17,936 bases of DNA from Candidatus Sumerlaeia bacterium (GTDB lineage Bacteria > Sumerlaeota > Sumerlaeia > SLMS01), in contig JBBQYG010000073.1 in assembly GCA_038208905.1 (NCBI GenBank), positions 1 to 17,936 of the forward strand, given 5' to 3'. The position numbers were made by a program, and so were the translations under genes. Shown here piece by piece: positions 14,096 to 17,936 of the stretch (its first letter is position 1; each line of letters starts with the position of its first letter). The notes below the pieces were generated by a model. It made no database searches, had not been told where the DNA came from, and was given only the letters and a program-made list of their open reading frames with translations.

Positions 14096-15259
14096 TCACC
14101 CCCGATAATCCAACGCCTCCAAAACCGCCTCCATCGTCGCCGGCACCACCAAGGGGGGCGCCGTGCACTGGGTGGCGTAGGACGGGTCCTTGAGGCCGTG
14201 GCCGGTGAGGGTGCAGGCGATGCGGAGAGTCTGGACACCAAGGGCCTTGCGGACGGCCTGCACGCAGCCACGGGCGTGGAGCTTGAGGAGGCCGGCGACG
14301 CTGGCGGCGCTGGCGGGTTCGCAGAAGATGCCCTCGCGGGATGCCAGCAGGGTGTAGGCGGTGGTGATCTCCTCATCCGTCACCATGTTGATGGTGCCGC
14401 CGGATTCGTCGCGGGCGGCCTCGGCCTGCTGCCAGCTGGCGGGATTGCCGATGCGGATAGCGGTGGCGATGGTTTCGGGTTCGGCGACGGCGCGCCCGCG
14501 GACGATTGGCGCGGCGCCGGCGGCTTGAAAGCCCCACATCTGGGGGAGGGACTCGACATAACCGCCCTCGTAGTATTCGCGATAGCCCTTCCAGTAGGCG
14601 GTGATGTTGCCGGCGTTGCCGACGGGGATGCAGTGGATGTCGGGCGGGGCGCCGCCAAGCTGTTCGCAGACCTCGAAGGCGCCGGTCTTCTGGCCCTCGA
14701 TGCGGTAGGGATTCACGGAATTGACGAGGGTGATGGGGTACTTCTCGCAGAGCACGCGGACCATCTCCAGCGCCTTGTCGAAGTTCCCCTCGATGCGGAT
14801 GACCTTGGCTCCGGCGATGGAGGCCTGGGCGAGCTTGCCGAGGGCGACGTTCTTGCCGCTGGGGATGAGCACGGCGCAGGTCATCCCGGCCTTGGCGGCA
14901 TAGGCGGCGGCGGAGGCGGAAGTGTTGCCCGTGGAGGCGCACATAACGGCCTTGGAGCCCTCCTCAAGAGCCTTGGTCACGGCCATGGTCATGCCGCGGT
15001 CCTTGAAGGAGCCGGTGGGGTTGAGCCCCTCGTACTTGAGATAGACCTCCACGCCCTTGCCAAGCAGCGCCGAAATGTGGGGCGCGGGGATCAGCGGCGT
15101 ATTCCCCTCGCAGAGCGAGACGACCGGGGTGGAGTCGCTGACGGGAAGGAATTCGCGATAGCGGTCGATCAGGCCACGCCAGGGGCGTTGGGCTCCGGGG
15201 ATGGTTGGGGAGGGGGCGAGGGACACGGCGGTAGGGGCTCTCCTGAGCGTTGAATGCAT
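14096..15259 (-). CDS. thrC: Threonine synthase
   Basis: Motifs: [23 protein letters not shown] (PLP Lys), [55 protein letters not shown] 15259 is the likely start, but a later GTG/CTG-type start cannot be excluded. Confidence 0.95.
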   Translation of the reverse strand: MHSTLRRAPTAVSLAPSPTIPGAQRPWRGLIDRYREFLPVSDSTPVVSLCEGNTPLIPAPHISALLGKGVEVYLKYEGLNPTGSFKDRGMTMAVTKALEEGSKAVMCASTGNTSASAAAYAAKAGMTCAVLIPSGKNVALGKLAQASIAGAKVIRIEGNFDKALEMVRVLCEKYPITLVNSVNPYRIEGQKTGAFEVCEQLGGAPPDIHCIPVGNAGNITAYWKGYREYYEGGYVESLPQMWGFQAAGAAPIVRGRAVAEPETIATAIRIGNPASWQQAEAARDESGGTINMVTDEEITTAYTLLASREGIFCEPASAASVAGLLKLHARGCVQAVRKALGVQTLRIACTLTGHGLKDPSYATQCTAPPLVVPATMEAVLEALDYRG

Positions 15260-15315
15260 GGCCGAATCGTGGGGATTGGTGGGGCGGTCGGCCAAGGAAA
15301 AATGCGCGCGGCGCG

Positions 15316-16656
15316 CTAGCGGAAGAACCAACCCTTCTTCTGGGGGGGTCCCTCGAAGAGCTTGGCGGGGTCGGCGGGAAAGGCGGACCAGCGGTCGAGC
15401 ATACCCTCACCGGGCATTGCGGGCCAACGGGGGGCGTTGGCGGCGAGCCAGTGGATCGCGGGCTCCAGCGTGCGCTCGAAGGTGATCGAACGGAGCCAAT
15501 CGAGCCCGGCGGCGCGGTCGGCCTCGCGCTGGGTGGGGGTGCGGGCGCAGGCGGAGAGAATCTCCCGGGCGGCGCGGTCGGCGTTTCCCGCGGCGATCCC
15601 GGCGGCGAGGCCCTCCGCCACCAGAAGGGTCTCGATCCCGGCCTCCATGCTGACCACGGGACGCGCGCCCCAGCGCACCATCGCCATGAGGCGGTTGCGG
15701 CTCCCCATTTCGGCCTCGGGAATGGCGCGGTCCAGCGAAAGGCAGGCCCCTGCGTGCGCGAGGAGAGCGCTTTCCTCCACCGGTGTGCCCGGAGGAATAT
15801 CGACGAGGCGGCCGGTGTCGGCAAACTCCGACAGAGACTTGAAAAGCGAGGCGTGAATCTGCTTTCCCGCGGGGCCCGTGGGGATGCCCGCGCAGACGAA
15901 TCGCAACGCGGGATCGTCCCGGAGCGCGATGGCGAGCGCGCGGCCCATCGTCACTTCGTCGAGCCACACGTTCCAGCTTCCACCGAAGAAAACGTATCGG
16001 GCGCCCTCCTCCATGCCGTAGTCGCGGAGAATGCCCGGAAACTCGGGAAGCTCGACGGACTCCGTCCATTTGGCGGGCACGGCGCAGGGTATTTCGTGAA
16101 CGCGGCGGCAGACTTCCCAATCGATTCCATATCGCCCGAGCAAGCCCACCTGACCCAGAATCGCGTGGCGCTGGGGGGCGCTGACGGAGGAGAAGGCGTC
16201 TCCGCGGAGGAGGCCTTCCCTAACGAATTTCCAGATGTGGTCGCGCGCGGTGGTGTCGGGCGCGCCGCCCTGGCGAAGCTGGGCCGCGTGAAGCTCCGCC
16301 ATCGGATCGCCAAAGAAATCGACCCAGCAGGCCACGTCCAGAAGCGAGGCCAGCCGACAGGCCGCGGCGGCGGGCATCAGCGAGCCCACGCCGAACACGG
16401 CATCGACGAACTGGCATTCGATGGATTTGCGCAGGTACTCCGGATCGAGGATCTGGTCGGGTGTGAAGCCCTCGGCGCCAAAGACGCCCCGAATCGGCAC
16501 GGAGGAGCGACGTTCTTCCTCAAGCAGGATCACGCCGACATCGTGCTTTGCCTTCAGAAGCGGCTCCACGAACTGGCGCAGCCGGATCGACGGCCCCGTG
16601 ACGACGGCGCCCAATTCGAGGGGCCAAGGCCCGCTGCCGACGACGAGGATCTTCAT
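15316..16656 (-). CDS. GT-B fold glycosyltransferase (GT4-like)
   Basis: N-terminal MKILVV...[20 protein letters not shown], then [26 protein letters not shown], and a C-terminal [23 protein letters not shown] that resembles the GT4 donor-binding segment. It overlaps the upstream gene by ATGA. Confidence 0.75.
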   Translation of the reverse strand: MKILVVGSGPWPLELGAVVTGPSIRLRQFVEPLLKAKHDVGVILLEEERRSSVPIRGVFGAEGFTPDQILDPEYLRKSIECQFVDAVFGVGSLMPAAAACRLASLLDVACWVDFFGDPMAELHAAQLRQGGAPDTTARDHIWKFVREGLLRGDAFSSVSAPQRHAILGQVGLLGRYGIDWEVCRRVHEIPCAVPAKWTESVELPEFPGILRDYGMEEGARYVFFGGSWNVWLDEVTMGRALAIALRDDPALRFVCAGIPTGPAGKQIHASLFKSLSEFADTGRLVDIPPGTPVEESALLAHAGACLSLDRAIPEAEMGSRNRLMAMVRWGARPVVSMEAGIETLLVAEGLAAGIAAGNADRAAREILSACARTPTQREADRAAGLDWLRSITFERTLEPAIHWLAANAPRWPAMPGEGMLDRWSAFPADPAKLFEGPPQKKGWFFR

Positions 16657-17651
16657 GGGGTAACCGGGTTGATCGGCGGCTTGCCAGCGAGCACGGCCAG
16701 CAGATTGTCGGTGGCGACGCGGGCCATGCCCTCGCGGGCCTCGGGCGTGCCGCTGCCGACGTGGGGCAGAAGGACGACGTTCTCAAGCTCGACGAGGCCG
16801 GGCGCGAGGCGCGGTTCGTCTTCGTAAACGTCGAGTCCCGCCGCGTAGAGGCGGCGCTCCCGCAAGGCCACGACCAGAGCGGCCTCGTCCACGATGGGCC
16901 CGCGGGCGGTGTTGACCAGGATGGCCGTGGGCTTCATGAGGGTGAGTTCACGCGCGCCGATCAGGTGCCGCGTCTTGTCGGTGAATGGGACGTGAAGGGA
17001 TACGAAATCCGACTCGGAGAGGAGCTGGTCCAACGGCACCCGCGACCCGCCGGTGGCGGCCTCGAAATCGGGCTTAGGATTCTGGTGGCTATACACGATT
17101 CGCATGTTCCAGGCGCGGGCGCGGCGGGCGGTGGCCTCGCCGATGCGTCCGGCGCCGATGATGCCAAGGGTCCTGCCCCGAAGATCGACGCCGATCCAGT
17201 CGTTGGGTCCCCAGCCGTGAAACCGCCCCGCGCGAAGGTGGCGCTCCGCTTCGCCCAGCCGACGGCTCGCCATCATCACCAGGGCCCATGCCGTGTCGGC
17301 GGTGGCCTCCGTCAGCACGTCGGGGGTGTTGGTGACAATGACTCCGCGGCGAGTTGCCTCCGCCAGATCGACATTATTGTACCCTACTGCATAGTTGGCG
17401 ACGATGCGAAGGCCCGGGCCGGCGGCCTCGAAGGCCTCCGCATCCCAGCGATCCGTGAGCATCGAAAGAACCCCGGCGCATCCGGCGACCTTGCCGAGGA
17501 ACTCTTCGCGCGGCATGGGGGCGTCGGGACCGTCCTTTGGCAGGACAAGGTCGAATCCGGCGCCGCGGAGACGAACTTCCCAGTCGCCGACAACGCGGCG
17601 CGTGACACAGGCTCGATCAACGACTTTGAAGCTTAGTTTGTGTTGCTGCAT
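16653..17651 (-). CDS. D-isomer-specific 2-hydroxyacid dehydrogenase (glyoxylate/hydroxypyruvate reductase, GyaR/GhrB-like)
   Basis: A strong RBS (AAGGAGAGG) lies 6 nt before ATG 17651. Motifs: YAVGYNNVD, VTNTPDVLTEATAD, GIIGAGRIG, SLHVP, NTARG (Arg), AGLDVYEDEP (Glu), LLPHVGS (His). Confidence 0.93.
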   Translation of the reverse strand: MQQHKLSFKVVDRACVTRRVVGDWEVRLRGAGFDLVLPKDGPDAPMPREEFLGKVAGCAGVLSMLTDRWDAEAFEAAGPGLRIVANYAVGYNNVDLAEATRRGVIVTNTPDVLTEATADTAWALVMMASRRLGEAERHLRAGRFHGWGPNDWIGVDLRGRTLGIIGAGRIGEATARRARAWNMRIVYSHQNPKPDFEAATGGSRVPLDQLLSESDFVSLHVPFTDKTRHLIGARELTLMKPTAILVNTARGPIVDEAALVVALRERRLYAAGLDVYEDEPRLAPGLVELENVVLLPHVGSGTPEAREGMARVATDNLLAVLAGKPPINPVTP

Positions 17652-17740
17652 TCGGTACCTCTCCTTGCGGCGCGGGGTATTCTGTGGCACTCCTGATGCG
17701 AGGCAATACGGAATCCATTCAAGATCGGAGAACATGGGCA

Positions 17741-17936
17741 ATGACCGCAAAGCGATTTTTGGACGAAGTGGCAGAGCAGCCGGATGCGCTTCGCCGACTG
17801 ATTGAATTCTACCAGGGGGATGGCAAGCCGCTCCTGGCCGCTTGGCGCGAACTGATCGGGGAAGCGGAGGAGGTGCTTTTCGCGGGGATGGGCACGTCCT
17901 CGTTCGCGGCGGGATTCACGCTTGCTGGCTACGAGG
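17741..17936 (+). CDS. SIS-domain sugar-phosphate isomerase/deaminase-like protein (partial, runs off the window)
   Basis: Hand translation from ATG 17741: MTAKRFLDEVAEQPDALRRLIEFYQGDGKPLLAAWRELIGEAEEVLFAGMGTSSFAA. The E-x-x-EQP and G-x-G-T-S motifs are those of the GlmS/FrlB/AgaS SIS domain. GGAG lies at 17727-17730. Confidence 0.85.
   Translation, partial: MTAKRFLDEVAEQPDALRRLIEFYQGDGKPLLAAWRELIGEAEEVLFAGMGTSSFAAGFTLAGYE

Noticed and set aside
1..17936. Prophage, integrative element, CRISPR array or defence system next to the tRNA
   Set aside because: I found no integrase, transposase, cas gene, regularly spaced repeats or duplicated tRNA 3' end in this window. Anything integrated at the tRNA 3' end would lie left of position 1.

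Overview
A GC-rich, gene-dense bacterial chromosomal segment of mostly housekeeping and cell-envelope genes. I see no integrase, transposase, CRISPR array or rRNA. From left to right: a minus-strand unit (AMIN-domain MurNAc-L-Ala amidase, then D-amino-acid aminotransferase, then tRNA-Asn(GTT) and its terminator); a divergent plus-strand run (dCTP deaminase, phosphohexomutase, a beta-propeller-like hypothetical protein, an ArnT/PMT-type membrane glycosyltransferase); and a second plus-strand run (membrane-anchored TPR plus degenerate Ser/Thr kinase protein, ComEA-like protein with two HhH modules, an 826-aa membrane protein with a GATase-like domain). That run converges on an FHA-GGDEF diguanylate cyclase. 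Next come a minus-strand run (D-2-hydroxyacid dehydrogenase, GT-B glycosyltransferase, threonine synthase) and the 5' end of a SIS-domain gene missing from the ORF track. The most notable items are the probable pseudokinase/ComEA/FHA-DGC neighbourhood, a candidate four-way-junction RNA that covers the dcd translation start region, and a tRNA-Asn with a mismatched acceptor stem. All family assignments come from motif recognition by eye; no searches were run.
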